A DNA stretch of 64,000 nt from Gemmatimonadota bacterium (GCA_965116475.1 OZ220691.1:3360001-3424000); one strand, 5' to 3'; counted from the first letter of the stretch, positions 21,062 through 32,311 are shown. The notes: generated from the sequence alone by a model not told the origin. Translations and numbers: made by a program.

Positions 21062-22056
21062 TGGAACCGATCCGCGTCACCGTGGATCGGGCCGGCACGC
21101 GGGAATCGTCGCATCTCGTGTACGGCATGGTCTGTGAAGCCGGTTGCTCCGGTCGCAGCCACGCCTTCGGCGACCCTAAACTGACGGCCTTCTGGCGTTC
21201 CTCGATGAAGCCGCTCCAGATCCTTCCGGCGGTCAGAGGCGGCGTGTTCGAACGCCTCGGACTCGGGGCGGAGGCGCTGGCGCTGGCGTGCGCATCGCAT
21301 CACGGCACGCCGCGGCATCTGGAGGTCGTACAGTCGGTCATCGACGCGGCGGAGCTGGCGCCGGAGATGTTCGTGTGCGGGCCGCACCGGCCGTTCGACG
21401 ACGGCGCGGCCCGGGGGATGGACCGGGCGGGGCGCCTGCCGGGGCGGATCCACAACAACTGTTCGGGCCAGCACGCGGCGCTCCTGGCGTTCTGCCTCGC
21501 CCGCGGCTGGTCGGTGGCGGGCTACCATGAGCCGGAGCACGCTCTGCAGCGGACGATCCGCCGCGAAATCTCGGCGTGGCTCGGAGAAGACTGCGAACGT
21601 CTGCCGTGGGGGACGGATGGCTGCGGCCTGCCGACGCCGGCTCTTTCCCTGCGGGACATGGCGCGGGCGTTCGCGGATTTCGGCGCCTCGTCGGAGGCGG
21701 CCGCGCGGTCCGTTGTGACGGCGATGACGGCGCATCCGACATTGGTATCGGGTGCCGCGGCCCTCTCCGCGAACCTGATGCGAGCGACCTCCGGTCGGAT
21801 TCTCGCCAAGGAGGGGGCGGAGGGCGTGTTCTGCCTGGCGAGCCCGGAGGGGGCGTGGGGGGCGGCCTTCAAGGTGCTGGATGGGGCCACGCGGCCGCTG
21901 GGGCCCGCGGTTGTGCACGCGCTTTCAACGCTGTCGCTGCTGGCGCCGGAGGAGATCGGTCGCCTGGAGCGCTTCGCGCACCCCGTGGTGCGCAACACGT
22001 GCGGGAACGAGGTCGGGGTGCTGTCGGTGGAGGGGGAATCGTGTTCGTCGACGTAG
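21061..22056 (+). CDS. Asparaginase II family (Rhizobium etli-type, class 3)
   Basis: RSSMKPLQ, ACASH, NNCSGQH, DGCGLP, AKEGAEG, KVLDG. Confidence 0.82.
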   Translation: MEPIRVTVDRAGTRESSHLVYGMVCEAGCSGRSHAFGDPKLTAFWRSSMKPLQILPAVRGGVFERLGLGAEALALACASHHGTPRHLEVVQSVIDAAELAPEMFVCGPHRPFDDGAARGMDRAGRLPGRIHNNCSGQHAALLAFCLARGWSVAGYHEPEHALQRTIRREISAWLGEDCERLPWGTDGCGLPTPALSLRDMARAFADFGASSEAAARSVVTAMTAHPTLVSGAAALSANLMRATSGRILAKEGAEGVFCLASPEGAWGAAFKVLDGATRPLGPAVVHALSTLSLLAPEEIGRLERFAHPVVRNTCGNEVGVLSVEGESCSST

Positions 22057-23087
22057 CGAGAATACACGTGACCGGAGGGGCGGGCGGCGCGGGCGCCGTC
22101 GCCTTCCGGCGCGAGAGGGGGGTGCCCCGCGGCGGGCCCGCCGGCGGCCGGGGCGGAAACGGCGGCGGCGTGATCCTCGTCGCGGATCGCCGGCTCGACA
22201 CGCTGCTGGACTACTCGTACCGCGAGCACTACAAGGCCGGGCGCGCCGGTCACGGAGAGGGAAAGAAACGGGACGGGGCCTCGGGAGAAGATCTGCGGCT
22301 GCCCGTACCTCTCGGGACGCTCGTGCGCGACGTAGAGACGGGAGAGCGGATCGGGGAACTGCTCGAGGAGGGGGATGAACTCATTGTGGCCCGCGGCGGC
22401 CGCGGAGGAAGGGGCAACGCGAGCTTCGCTTCGCCCACCCGACAGACGCCGCGCGAATGGGAACCGGGGGAGTGGGGGGAGGAGCGGCACATCGAACTCG
22501 AACTCAAGCTCATCGCCGACGTGGGTCTGGTGGGGGAGCCCAACGCCGGAAAATCGACGCTGCTCGCCCGCGTGACGGCAGCGAAGCCCCGGATCGCCGA
22601 CTATCCCTTCTCCACGCTGACACCGAACCTCGGAGTCGTGGGTCTGAGCGGGAGTCGGTCGTTCGTGATGGCGGACATCCCGGGCATCATCGAAGGGGCG
22701 CACGAGGGGCGCGGCCTGGGCACGCAGTTCCTTCGGCACATCGAACGCACGCGCACGCTCGCGCTCCTGGTGCCGGTGGACGACGAGGATCCGCAGGCGA
22801 CGTACGACCTGCTGCGCGAGGAACTGCGGGCGCACGACGCGGCGCTCGCCGGCATATCCCACTGCGTGCTCCTGACGAAGGCCGACTTGAGTCCCGCGGC
22901 GCCGGAACCGCCGGTATCGGTCGATGCCCCCCGGAGCTGGGGCCAGTTCACGATCTCGGCCGTGACCGGGGCCGGCCTCGACGTTGCGCTCGAAGGTCTG
23001 TGGGCGCGCGTGCAGAGGGAGAAGGAGGCCGCGGCGGGGGACGGCGAAGCGGATCCGTTCGCGGGCGGCGAAGCGTGGCGTCCGTGA
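22041..23087 (+). CDS. obgE: GTPase ObgE/CgtA
   Basis: FVDVARI, Gly-rich Obg domain, ADVGLVGEPNAGKST, YPFSTL, DIPGIIEGA, TKAD. Confidence 0.95.
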   Translation: MFVDVARIHVTGGAGGAGAVAFRRERGVPRGGPAGGRGGNGGGVILVADRRLDTLLDYSYREHYKAGRAGHGEGKKRDGASGEDLRLPVPLGTLVRDVETGERIGELLEEGDELIVARGGRGGRGNASFASPTRQTPREWEPGEWGEERHIELELKLIADVGLVGEPNAGKSTLLARVTAAKPRIADYPFSTLTPNLGVVGLSGSRSFVMADIPGIIEGAHEGRGLGTQFLRHIERTRTLALLVPVDDEDPQATYDLLREELRAHDAALAGISHCVLLTKADLSPAAPEPPVSVDAPRSWGQFTISAVTGAGLDVALEGLWARVQREKEAAAGDGEADPFAGGEAWRP

Positions 23088-24259
23088 CGGAGCGTTCTGT
23101 GGAGGCACGGGCGCGGGACGGGGAGTTGGTGGCGCTCCTCGTGCTGGCGCGCACCCCCGGTCTGGGGCTGCGCCGGGTGCGGCGTCTGGTCGACCGCCAT
23201 GGTGGGGCGTCCGGGGCGCTCAAAGCGCTGCGCGATACTGCGCCGGAAGGCCTGCCGGCGCGCCGCCGGGGCGAGCGGGTTCCGACATCGAGGACGGTCC
23301 GGGCCCTCGGCCGTGCCAGCGAGGGGGCGGCGCGGTCGCTCCTGCGCGAAGCGAGAGCGAAGGGGATCCGCATCGCGGGGTACACCGACTGTGGGAAGGC
23401 CGCTTACCCCGCGGGGCTAGGCGATCTCCCCGATCCGCCCCCCGTGCTCTTCAGGCGTGGCGCGGGGACGCCGGATTCCGAGCGGACGATCGCCGTCGTG
23501 GGCACGCGGGCCGCGTCGTCCTACGGGTTGCGCACGGCGTATTCTCTGGGAAGGGAACTCGGGCGCTGGGGCTGGACGGTGGTCAGCGGCATGGCGCGCG
23601 GCATCGATGCGGCGGCGCATTCCGGGGCCCTCGACGCCGGCGGGCGCACCATTGGAGTCCTTGGGACCGGAGTCGACCGCGAGTATCCGGCGGAGAACCG
23701 GGATCTGTACCGGCGGATGCGGACGGACGGGGTCCTGCTGAGCGAGTTCGAGCCGGGGGCGCCGCCGACGCGTTCCGCGTTTCCGCGCCGCAACCGGGTG
23801 ATCGCCGCCCTCGCCCGCGGCGTCATCGTCGTGGAGGCGGGCGGGAGGAGCGGGGCACTGAACACCGCGGACCATGCGCTGGACCTGGGGCGCGAAGTCC
23901 TCGCGGTGCCCGGGCGGATCGATGATCGGAGCGCAGCCGGGTGCCTTCGCCTGCTGCGCCAGGGCGCCGGGCTTGTGGCCGGCGTACAGGACGTGTTCGA
24001 CGCTCTGGGCTGGCTGTGCCTCGAACCGCAGGCGCCGGAACCGGATGGAGGGTCCGCTCCGGCGGCGGACGGATCCGAGGGCGACCGGCGCCTGCTCGGA
24101 GCGCTGTCACGGGGACCCCGCTCGCCGGATGAGCTCGCCGTCGGTCTCGAGATGCCCGTCACGAAGGTGCTCGGCGGACTGGGACGGCTGGAACTCGAGG
24201 GGTGGGTCGAGCGCCGCCCGGGAGGGAGCTTTGCCGCCGTCCGGCGGGGCGGCCGCTGA
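23084..24259 (+). CDS. dprA: DNA-processing protein DprA
   Basis: AVVGTR, VSGMARGIDAAAH, FPRRNRVIA, EAGGRSGAL, C-terminal wHTH. Confidence 0.92.
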   Translation: MTERSVEARARDGELVALLVLARTPGLGLRRVRRLVDRHGGASGALKALRDTAPEGLPARRRGERVPTSRTVRALGRASEGAARSLLREARAKGIRIAGYTDCGKAAYPAGLGDLPDPPPVLFRRGAGTPDSERTIAVVGTRAASSYGLRTAYSLGRELGRWGWTVVSGMARGIDAAAHSGALDAGGRTIGVLGTGVDREYPAENRDLYRRMRTDGVLLSEFEPGAPPTRSAFPRRNRVIAALARGVIVVEAGGRSGALNTADHALDLGREVLAVPGRIDDRSAAGCLRLLRQGAGLVAGVQDVFDALGWLCLEPQAPEPDGGSAPAADGSEGDRRLLGALSRGPRSPDELAVGLEMPVTKVLGGLGRLELEGWVERRPGGSFAAVRRGGR

Positions 24260-25413
24260 TGTCGGGCCGGCGTCCGCCACGCTCCCTGTACGTGCACTTT
24301 CCGTTCTGCGCGCATCGCTGCCACTACTGCGATTTCTCCGTCCAGCGCGCGTCGGCGCCGCCGGTGTCCCGCTGGCTCGCGGCGATCGAGGCCGAACTCG
24401 CCTGGTGGTTCGAGCGCAACGGATGGGATCCAGGCGACACGCTCGATACGATCTTCGTGGGGGGCGGGACGCCCTCGCTCATGGGGGCCGCGGGGATGGA
24501 AGGGCTCGCCTCGCGAATCTCCGCCTGGTTCCGGATCGACCCCGCGCGCACGGAATGGACGGCCGAGGCGAACCCCGCCTCCTTCGACGCGCGGCTCGGT
24601 TCGAACTGGCGCGCGACGGGCGTGAACCGGCTGAGTCTCGGCGTGCAGGCCCTGGACGATGCGGTTCTGAAATGGCTGGGCCGGCTGCATGACCGGCGCC
24701 GGGCCATGGAGGCGGTCGCGGAGGCGAGGGATGCCGGGTTCGAACGCGTGAGCGTGGACCTCATCTTCGGTCTCTCCCCGGAAGTGACGCGAAACCTCGC
24801 GGCGGAGGTGGAAGCGGCCGCCGCGCTCGACGTGTCCCACCTGAGTCTCTACGGCCTGACCGTCGAACCCCGCACGCCGCTGGCCGAGTGGATTCGCCTG
24901 GGCCGGGTCGGGATGCCGGACGAAGAGCGCTACGCGGAGGAGTACCGGCTCCTGTCGCGCGAACTGCGCGCGGCCGGGTATGAGCAGTACGAGGTGTCGA
25001 ACTTCGCCCGGCCGGGGGCGCAGTGCCGCCACAACTGGTCGTACTGGAACCGAACGTCGTATCTTGCCCTCGGCCCGTCCGCACATGGTTTTCTCCCGCC
25101 GATCCGCAGTTGGAACGTCTTCCGCTGGGACCGGTATGAACGCGCGCTGCGGGAGGGCCGCGGCCCTCTCGAAGGCTGGGAACGCGTGGGGCCGGAAGAG
25201 GAGGAACTGGAACGGATCTGGCTGGGTCTTCGTACGAATCGCGGACTGACGCCCGATGTCGTGCAGAGGATCTCGTCGGACGGCCCCCGCTTCGACGATT
25301 GGGCCGGGGCCGGGTGGATGGAGGAGCGGAACGGACGCTGGCGGGCGACGATCGAAGGCTGGCTCCGCCTGGACACGATCGCCGCCGAACTCGCCGGGGC
25401 TGAGGGAACATGA
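24259..25413 (+). CDS. hemW: Radical SAM heme chaperone HemW
   Basis: YVHFPFCAHRCHYCDF, GGGTPS, EANP, YEVSNFA, HN..YW; upstream of hrcA. Confidence 0.88.
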   Translation: MSGRRPPRSLYVHFPFCAHRCHYCDFSVQRASAPPVSRWLAAIEAELAWWFERNGWDPGDTLDTIFVGGGTPSLMGAAGMEGLASRISAWFRIDPARTEWTAEANPASFDARLGSNWRATGVNRLSLGVQALDDAVLKWLGRLHDRRRAMEAVAEARDAGFERVSVDLIFGLSPEVTRNLAAEVEAAAALDVSHLSLYGLTVEPRTPLAEWIRLGRVGMPDEERYAEEYRLLSRELRAAGYEQYEVSNFARPGAQCRHNWSYWNRTSYLALGPSAHGFLPPIRSWNVFRWDRYERALREGRGPLEGWERVGPEEEELERIWLGLRTNRGLTPDVVQRISSDGPRFDDWAGAGWMEERNGRWRATIEGWLRLDTIAAELAGAEGT

Positions 25414-26453
25414 CCCTGCCAACACTGACAGAGCGCGAACGGGCCGTCCTCGCGGCGGTCATCGACTCCTTCGTCCGCACGGCCGCCCCGGCCGGCTCGC
25501 GAAGGATCGGGAAGGACTACGCGCTCGGCGTCTCCCCCGCGACGATCCGAAACACGATGGCGGACCTCGAGGCCAAGGGTCTGCTCACCCACCCCTACAC
25601 GTCCGCCGGACGGCTCCCCACCGACCTCGCCTACCGGTACTACGTCGATGCGCTCATGCGCTGGGGCGGCATCCGGAAGCGCGACCAGGCGAAGATCGAA
25701 CGCGAGCTGGGGGATGCGGACGCCGGCGGCGTCGAGGACCTCATGAGCAAGGCGGCGCGCGTCCTCAGCCTTCTGACGGGAGAACTCGGCCTAGCGGTGG
25801 GACCGACGCTCGCCACGGCCACGCTCGAGCGTCTCGAACTCGTGCCGCTCTCGAGCGAGAAGGTGCTCCTGGTGTTCACGATCGAGTCCGGCGTGGTGCG
25901 CACCGTGTACGTGGACGTGGCGACGCGGGTGCCGCGGGCGACGCTCCAGGCGGTGTCGCAGGCCCTGAACGAGCGGTTGGCGGGCAGCGCCATCTCCGAG
26001 ATCCAGGCGACGCTTCACGAGCGGCTGGGCGACCTGAGTTTCAACAACCGCGGCGCCGAGGAACTGATGAACATCTTCGTGCACAGCGGTCCGGACATCT
26101 TCGAGTGGGCCCGCCGCGAGCGCGAGATCCACCTCGGGAGCGCCGCGGCGCTGACCGAGCAGCCGGAGTTCACGACGAGCGAGCGCCTGCGCGAGCTCCT
26201 GCTCCTCACGGAGCGCCGGGAGCTGCTCGCCTCCGTGCTGGGGGACCGCGGCGGCTCGGACGGTCCGCACGTGACGATCGGCGCCGAGCACGGCCAGCCC
26301 GAGCTGGAGGATCTGACTATCGTCACGGCCAACTATGCCGTCGGCAGTCTGCAGGGCACGGTCGGCGTGATCGGCCCGACGCGCATGCCGTACGACAAGG
26401 TCGTCTCCATCGTCGACTGCACGTCCGACCTTCTCACCCGGCTGACGCCGTGA
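25410..26453 (+). CDS. hrcA: Heat-inducible transcription repressor
   Basis: SPATIRNTMADLE, YTSAGRLPT, YRYYVD, GVIGPTRMPY. Confidence 0.95.
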   Translation: MTLPTLTERERAVLAAVIDSFVRTAAPAGSRRIGKDYALGVSPATIRNTMADLEAKGLLTHPYTSAGRLPTDLAYRYYVDALMRWGGIRKRDQAKIERELGDADAGGVEDLMSKAARVLSLLTGELGLAVGPTLATATLERLELVPLSSEKVLLVFTIESGVVRTVYVDVATRVPRATLQAVSQALNERLAGSAISEIQATLHERLGDLSFNNRGAEELMNIFVHSGPDIFEWARREREIHLGSAAALTEQPEFTTSERLRELLLLTERRELLASVLGDRGGSDGPHVTIGAEHGQPELEDLTIVTANYAVGSLQGTVGVIGPTRMPYDKVVSIVDCTSDLLTRLTP

Positions 26454-27619
26454 GCGGACACCGCGACTACTACGAACTGCTCGGCGTCTCTCGCGACGCG
26501 GGCGCGGACGAACTGAAGCGGGCGTACCGGCGCCTCGCCATGGAGTACCATCCGGACCGCAATTCGGCGGCCGACGCGGAGGCGCGGTTCAAGGAGGTGA
26601 CGGAGGCGTGGGAAGTGCTCCGCGACCCGGGGAAGCGGCAGTTGTACGACCAGTACGGTGAGGCCGGGGTGCGGCGCGGCGGTGGAGGCGAGGCGCCGTT
26701 CTCCGGATTCAACAACTTCTCCGACGCGTTCGACGTGTTCATGCGGGAGTTCGGCGGAGCCGGTTTCGGAGGCGGCGGCTTCGGCGACCTCTTCGCGGAC
26801 GTGCGGTCCCCGAACCAGCCGCGTCGCGGTTCGACCCTCAAGGTCTCCGTCGCGATCACGCTGGAAGAGGCGGCCGAGGGGGTCCGGCGCTCGCTCCGCG
26901 TCTCCGCTCTGGATCCGTGCGGGCGCTGCGACTCGACGGGCGCCGAACCGGGTAGCAAGGCGTCCCCGTGCGGGACGTGCGAGGGGACCGGCGAGATTCG
27001 CATGGTCCAGCGCTCGATGCTGGGACAGTTCGTTTCCGTGCGTCCCTGCTCCGCCTGCGGCGGAGAGGGCACCCTGGTCGCCGATGAGTGCCGCGACTGC
27101 CAGCGAACCGGGCGCGTGCGGGTCGACCGAACCGTAGACATCGAGATTCCCGCGGGGATTTCGTCCGACGACTACCTGAAGCTGCGCGCGCGAGGCAACG
27201 CGGGTCCGCGCGGCGGGCCGGCCGGGGATCTCATCGTCCAGGTGGAAGTCGAGCCGCACGACCGCTTCGAGCGCAGGGGTGATGACCTCGTCCTCGACCT
27301 GCCCGTCACGTTCTCCCAGGCGGCGCTGGGCGACGAACTCGACGTGCCGACGATCCTCGGACAGGCTCGGCTCAAGGTGCCCGCGGGGATCCAGGCGGGT
27401 CAGATCCTGAGGCTTCGCGGCCAGGGGATGCCGCGTCTCCGGGCCGGGGGACACGGGGACCAGCTGGTGCGGGTGCACACATGGACGCCGAGCGAACTGT
27501 CCCGGCGACAGCGCGACATCCTGGAGTCGCTGCGGGAGGTCGAGGATGCGCCGCCCGAACCGCGCCGGGGCGAGGATCCGAGCTTCTGGGAGCGCGTAAA
27601 GGCGGCGTTTACGGCGTAG
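26450..27619 (+). CDS. dnaJ: Molecular chaperone DnaJ
   Basis: DYYELLG, HPD, G/F-rich region, four CxxCxxxG-type repeats. Confidence 0.95.
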   Translation: MSGHRDYYELLGVSRDAGADELKRAYRRLAMEYHPDRNSAADAEARFKEVTEAWEVLRDPGKRQLYDQYGEAGVRRGGGGEAPFSGFNNFSDAFDVFMREFGGAGFGGGGFGDLFADVRSPNQPRRGSTLKVSVAITLEEAAEGVRRSLRVSALDPCGRCDSTGAEPGSKASPCGTCEGTGEIRMVQRSMLGQFVSVRPCSACGGEGTLVADECRDCQRTGRVRVDRTVDIEIPAGISSDDYLKLRARGNAGPRGGPAGDLIVQVEVEPHDRFERRGDDLVLDLPVTFSQAALGDELDVPTILGQARLKVPAGIQAGQILRLRGQGMPRLRAGGHGDQLVRVHTWTPSELSRRQRDILESLREVEDAPPEPRRGEDPSFWERVKAAFTA

Positions 27620-28760
27620 CGGACCCCGACGCGACGGCGGTGGCGGGCTGCGACGCCATCCGCTCCGCGAGACTCGCGAGGAGCTGGTCGAAGGGGACGG
27701 CGAACTTCTCGACGCCCTCCGCCAGAAGCTGATCCGTGATCTCGTCCAGCTCGATTCCGACGGCGGCCAACTCCGCCATCGTGTGACGGGCCTCGTCGAC
27801 ACCGTTGGTCAGCGTGCCGGCGACGCGTCCGTGATCCCTGAAGGCGTCGATCGTCTTCTCCGGCAGGGTGTTGACCGTCAGGTCGCCGATGAGCGGCTCG
27901 ACGTACATCACGTCGGAATACGCGGGATTCTTCGTGCTCGTGCTCGCCCACAGCATGCGTTGCGGACGGGCGCCGAGTCCTGCGAGACGGGCCCAGCGGT
28001 CCGTGGCCAGCCGCCGCTGAAACCCGACGTAGGCGAGTTTGGCGTTGGCGATCGCTGCTTTGCCGAGCAGGGCCTCACAGCGCGCGGCGTCGCCCTCCGC
28101 GGCGTCGGCCAGCGCCCCGAGCTTCCGGTCGGTCAGCGCGTCGATCCGGCTCACGAAAAAGCTGGCCACGGAGGCGACGCCATCGACCGGCCGTCCCGCT
28201 TCGATCCGCTGCTCGAGCGCCTCCGTGTGCGCGTCCGCCACCGCCTCGTATGCGGCGATGGAGAAGAGGAGCGTCACGTTCACGTTCACGCCCTCGAACA
28301 GCGCCTGCCGGATGGCCGGGACGCCGGCCGGCGTGCCGGGAATCTTGATGAGGACGTTGGGGCGGGCCACCTCGTCGTGGAGGCGGCGGGCCTCCCGCAC
28401 CGTGCCCTCCGTGTCGTTCGCCAGATGGGGGGAAACCTCGAGGGAAACGTATCCGTCGACCCCGCCCGAACTCTCCCACACGCCCCGCAGGACGTCGCAG
28501 GCGCCCTGAACGTCGGCGATCGTGAGGCGGTCGTAGACGCCTTCGACGCCGAGACCCGCGGCGGTGAAGCGGGCGATGTCCTCATCGTACTGCGCGCTGC
28601 CCGTGATGGCGTTGTGGAAGATCGCGGGGTTCGAGGTGACCCCTCTCAACCCTTCGGCCTCGACCCGGCGAGCCAGCTCTCCGTCGACCAGCATCCCGCG
28701 CGTCAGGTTGTCGAGCCAATAGCTCTGGCCGTGCTCCTGAAGCTGAAGCAGCGCGCTCAT
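27609..28760 (-). CDS. tal: Transaldolase
   Basis: WLDNL, GVTSNPAIF, SLEVSP, IKIPGT, NVTLLFS, SVASFFVSRID, LWASTSTKNP. Confidence 0.95.
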   Translation of the reverse strand: MSALLQLQEHGQSYWLDNLTRGMLVDGELARRVEAEGLRGVTSNPAIFHNAITGSAQYDEDIARFTAAGLGVEGVYDRLTIADVQGACDVLRGVWESSGGVDGYVSLEVSPHLANDTEGTVREARRLHDEVARPNVLIKIPGTPAGVPAIRQALFEGVNVNVTLLFSIAAYEAVADAHTEALEQRIEAGRPVDGVASVASFFVSRIDALTDRKLGALADAAEGDAARCEALLGKAAIANAKLAYVGFQRRLATDRWARLAGLGARPQRMLWASTSTKNPAYSDVMYVEPLIGDLTVNTLPEKTIDAFRDHGRVAGTLTNGVDEARHTMAELAAVGIELDEITDQLLAEGVEKFAVPFDQLLASLAERMASQPATAVASGSATP

Positions 28761-28785
28761 CTCTCTCCCCTCCCCATCGTGGGTC

Positions 28786-29247
28786 TCAGGTGTCTGATTT
28801 CAGGTGTCTGGCTTCGATGTCCAGAACTTTGTCGAGCCGTCTCCGATGCCTCGGCTCGGCCGAAAAATCCGCGGCCAGGAAGGCCTCGGTGATCGCGCGG
28901 GCGAGGGCGATCCCGATGACGCGCTCCCCCATGCAGAGGACGTTCATGTCGTCGTGATCGACCCCCTGCGCCGCCGAGTACGTGTCGTGGCATACGCCCG
29001 CCCGCACGCCCGGCACCTTGTTGGCGGCGATACAGACGCCAACGGCCGACCCGCAGATGACGATGCCGCGTTCCGCGTCGCCATGCGCCACCCGTTCGGC
29101 GACGGCGAAGGCGAAGTCGGGGTAGTCGACCGAGTCGGTGCCGTGCGTGCCGACATCGACGATGTCGTGGCCCGCATCGCGAAGCTCGGCGGCGAGCACA
29201 TCCTTGTAGCCTACGCCCGCGTGATCCGCCCCGATGGCGAGCTTCAC
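28786..29247 (-). CDS. rpiB: Ribose-5-phosphate isomerase B
   Basis: [36 protein letters not shown]. Confidence 0.93.
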   Translation of the reverse strand: MKLAIGADHAGVGYKDVLAAELRDAGHDIVDVGTHGTDSVDYPDFAFAVAERVAHGDAERGIVICGSAVGVCIAANKVPGVRAGVCHDTYSAAQGVDHDDMNVLCMGERVIGIALARAITEAFLAADFSAEPRHRRRLDKVLDIEARHLKSDT

Positions 29248-31304
29248 CGCGACCCTTGCGCCGAGAGCGCTTCCAGGGCCCGCGCGACGACGGCCTCCGC
29301 GGTGAAGCCGAAATGGGCGAAGTTGTCCGCCGCCGATGCGGACTGGCCGAAGCGGTCGATCCCGATGACGGCGCCGTCCCGCCCCACCCATTCCGTCCAC
29401 CCGAGGGTGGCGCCGGCTTCGATCGCGACCCGCGGCACGCCGGGGGGAAGGACGTCGTCCCGGTAGGCCGCGGGCTGTGCGCGGAACAGCTCCCAGCTCG
29501 GGAAGGAGACCACGCGCGCCGACATTCCCCCGGCTTCGAGGACGCTCGCCGCCTCGACCGCCACCTGCAGCTCGGAACCGGTCCCGAGGAGCACGACCTG
29601 AAGGGGGCCGGGCTCCGGCCTGAGCACGTAGGCGCCGCGTCCCACCCCATCGCGGGCGGTGCCGGCCGCGCGCTCGAGATGGGAGACCTTCTGGCGCGTG
29701 AGCACGAGAATCGTCGGCCCCGAGCCGCGCTCGATCGCGACGCGCCACGCCTGAACGGTCTCCTCCGGGTCGGCGGGGCGCAGCACGACGACGCCGGGCA
29801 TTGCCCGGAAGGAGGCGAGGTGTTCGATCGGCTGGTGCGTTGGCCCGTCGGCCCCGAGGCCGATCGAGTCGTGCGTCATCACGTAGATGTTGGGCAGTCC
29901 CATCAGCGCGGCGAGCCGCATCGACGGCCGGGCGTAGTCCGTGAAGGTGAAGAACGTGGCGATGTATGGCCGGATGCCGCCGTGGAGGACGAGTCCGTTC
30001 GCGATGGAGGCCATCGCGTGCTCGCGGATGCCCCACCGCAGGTTGCGGCCCTCGGGTGCGTCCCGCGAGAAGTTCGGCGAGTCGATCAACGTGTTGTTCG
30101 AGCCCGACAGGTCGGCGCTCCCGCCAATGAGTTCGGGGAGGCGGGGGGCGAGCGCGGTCAGGATCCGGCCGGAAGCGGCCCGCGTGGCGATCGGGTCGTC
30201 GTCCGGGCCGAAGCTCGGCAACTTCTCTTCCCACGCGTCCGGCAGATCCGACCGGATGCGGCGTTCGAATTCCGCGGCCAGCTTCGGGTGCTCGGCGCGG
30301 TAGCGCTCGAAGCGCGCTCCCCACTCCGCGGCGGATGCTTCACCGCGTGCGACCTGCTGCCCCATGTGGCTCCGGACGGCGTCCGGCACGAGGAACGGAG
30401 GTTCCGCCGGCCAGCCGTACACTTCCTTGGTGAGCCGAACCTCTTCCTCGCCGAGCGGCGCGCCGTGCGCGGCGGCCGTGTCCTGCTTGTTCGGGGCGCC
30501 GTAGCCGATGTGCGAGCGGACGATGATCAGTGACGGGCGGTCCTCCACGCTCCGCGCGCCTTCGATCGCCGCGTCGAGCGCCGCCAGGTCGTTCGCGTCC
30601 CCGACGGACTGCACGTGCCATCCCATTGACTTGAATCGCCCGCGCACATCCTCCGAAAACGCGAGATCGATGTCGCCATCGATCGTGATCCTGTTGTCGT
30701 CGTAGAGCCAGAGAAGCTTGCCGAGGCCCAGGTGTCCGGCCAGCGAGGCCGCCTCGTACGAGACGCCCTCCATGAGGTCGCCGTCGCTGCAGATGACGTA
30801 CGTCCGGTGATCGACGATCGCATGGCCCGGCCGGTTGAACACCGCCGCGAGATGCGCTTCGGCGATCGCCATCCCCACGGAGTTCGCGACGCCCTGGCCC
30901 AGCGGGCCGGTGGTCGTCTCGACGCCGTTGACGTGGCCGTACTCGGGGTGGCCCGCGGTGCAACTCCCCGCCCGCCGGAAATTGCGGATTTCGTCAAGGG
31001 GGAGGTCGAACCCGGTGAGGTGGAGAACGGCATACTGGAGGATCGCGGCGTGGCCGGCGGAGAGCACGAACCGGTCCCGGCCGAACCAGGCGGGGTCCCC
31101 CGGGCTGTAGCGCATGTGGCGCATCCACAGGGTGTACGCCACGGGGGCGAGCGCCATCGCCGTGCCGGGGTGCCCGGAGCCAGCTCGCTGGACGGCGTCC
31201 ATGGCGAGCGTGCGGATCGTGTCGATGGACCGGGATTCTACGGAAGGGTCCGCGCCCGGAGCGGCGGACCCGGAAATGGCTTCGACGGTCCCTGTTTCGT
31301 TCAA
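29244..31304 (-). CDS. tkt: Transketolase
   Basis: [54 protein letters not shown] start uncertain. Confidence 0.95.
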   Translation of the reverse strand: MNETGTVEAISGSAAPGADPSVESRSIDTIRTLAMDAVQRAGSGHPGTAMALAPVAYTLWMRHMRYSPGDPAWFGRDRFVLSAGHAAILQYAVLHLTGFDLPLDEIRNFRRAGSCTAGHPEYGHVNGVETTTGPLGQGVANSVGMAIAEAHLAAVFNRPGHAIVDHRTYVICSDGDLMEGVSYEAASLAGHLGLGKLLWLYDDNRITIDGDIDLAFSEDVRGRFKSMGWHVQSVGDANDLAALDAAIEGARSVEDRPSLIIVRSHIGYGAPNKQDTAAAHGAPLGEEEVRLTKEVYGWPAEPPFLVPDAVRSHMGQQVARGEASAAEWGARFERYRAEHPKLAAEFERRIRSDLPDAWEEKLPSFGPDDDPIATRAASGRILTALAPRLPELIGGSADLSGSNNTLIDSPNFSRDAPEGRNLRWGIREHAMASIANGLVLHGGIRPYIATFFTFTDYARPSMRLAALMGLPNIYVMTHDSIGLGADGPTHQPIEHLASFRAMPGVVVLRPADPEETVQAWRVAIERGSGPTILVLTRQKVSHLERAAGTARDGVGRGAYVLRPEPGPLQVVLLGTGSELQVAVEAASVLEAGGMSARVVSFPSWELFRAQPAAYRDDVLPPGVPRVAIEAGATLGWTEWVGRDGAVIGIDRFGQSASAADNFAHFGFTAEAVVARALEALSAQGSR

Positions 31305-31513
31305 AAGCCCTCGCGCGAGTTGAGTCGCCCTTGGCTGGCCCGCAATGCCGGGAAGAATGTCGGGAAGCCGGAGGCCGCGCGAGACTACTCGTGCTGGGCG
31401 GGCCGCTTCGGCGGAGCGAACATAAGGTGTCGAGGCGCTGCCGGAAAAGGCTCCGTGGTGAAGCGCGCGACGTCGGTGGCGATGGCCCGCCGACGACGGA
31501 TACGTTGCCCCTC

Positions 31514-32311
31514 GTGAGCGATCAGATGTTCTTCGCCGATGGTCTTGCGGGTCTGGAGGCCGGGGCGCGGGCCGACCTCGCGATCGACGAGGTGAGCCAT
31601 GTCCGCGCCGCCCGGATCCGCCCCGGCCGTCGTCTCGCGGTCATCGACGGCGCGGGAGCCCGCTGGGAGGCGGAACTCGTTGCCCTGGACCGGCGCCGCG
31701 CCAGCTGTCGGCTGCTCGCTCCCGTTCCGCCGGAACCCCTGCTCCCGCTGCACCTCTGGGCCCCCGTGGCGAATCGCGAGCGGTCCCTGTGGCTCGTCGA
31801 GAAGGTCGTGGAGCTGGGCGCCGCCACGATCACCTGGATCGAGTGGGAGCGGTCGCGCTCCGTGGCGGATGCCGGTCGCTCCGACGGCTTTCTGCGCCGG
31901 GCGGAGGGCCGCGTGAGGGCGGCGCTGAAGCAGTCGGGCCGCAGTTGGCTCCCCCGGCTGAAGGGATCCCGGGCGCCGGAGGAGGCGCTCGTCCGCCACG
32001 ACGGAGCCGGGTGGCTGGCCGACGCAGCTGGGCGGCCCTGGCTCTCGGCCGGAATCGCTTGCGGCCGGAAGGGGTCGCGCGCCGCAGGCGGACTGACCGT
32101 CGCGGTGGGGCCGGAGGGAGGCTTGACGAGTGCGGAGCGGCGTCGCTGCCTGGAGGCCGGCTTCGAACCGGTTTCCCTGGGTCCGGCCGCGTTGAGGTTC
32201 GAGACCGCCGCGGTGGTCGCCGTGGCGGCGGCAGCGGCGGTGCTGGCGTGGGACGAAAACGAGGCAGATAACGAAGCAGGCGACGAGGCAGCCGACGAGG
32301 GGACGACATGA
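31514..32311 (+). CDS. rsmE: 16S rRNA m3U1498 methyltransferase
   Basis: [35 protein letters not shown]; start approximate. Confidence 0.88.
   Translation: MSDQMFFADGLAGLEAGARADLAIDEVSHVRAARIRPGRRLAVIDGAGARWEAELVALDRRRASCRLLAPVPPEPLLPLHLWAPVANRERSLWLVEKVVELGAATITWIEWERSRSVADAGRSDGFLRRAEGRVRAALKQSGRSWLPRLKGSRAPEEALVRHDGAGWLADAAGRPWLSAGIACGRKGSRAAGGLTVAVGPEGGLTSAERRRCLEAGFEPVSLGPAALRFETAAVVAVAAAAAVLAWDENEADNEAGDEAADEGTT

Noticed and set aside
24200..26460. CIRCE element near hrcA/dnaJ
   Set aside because: No TTAGCACTC-N9-GAGTGCTAA-like sequence seen; hrcA is directly coupled to hemW.
31385..31423. 12-codon minus-strand ORF ([12 protein letters not shown]) upstream of tkt
   Set aside because: No SD, no coupling to tkt and no other support.
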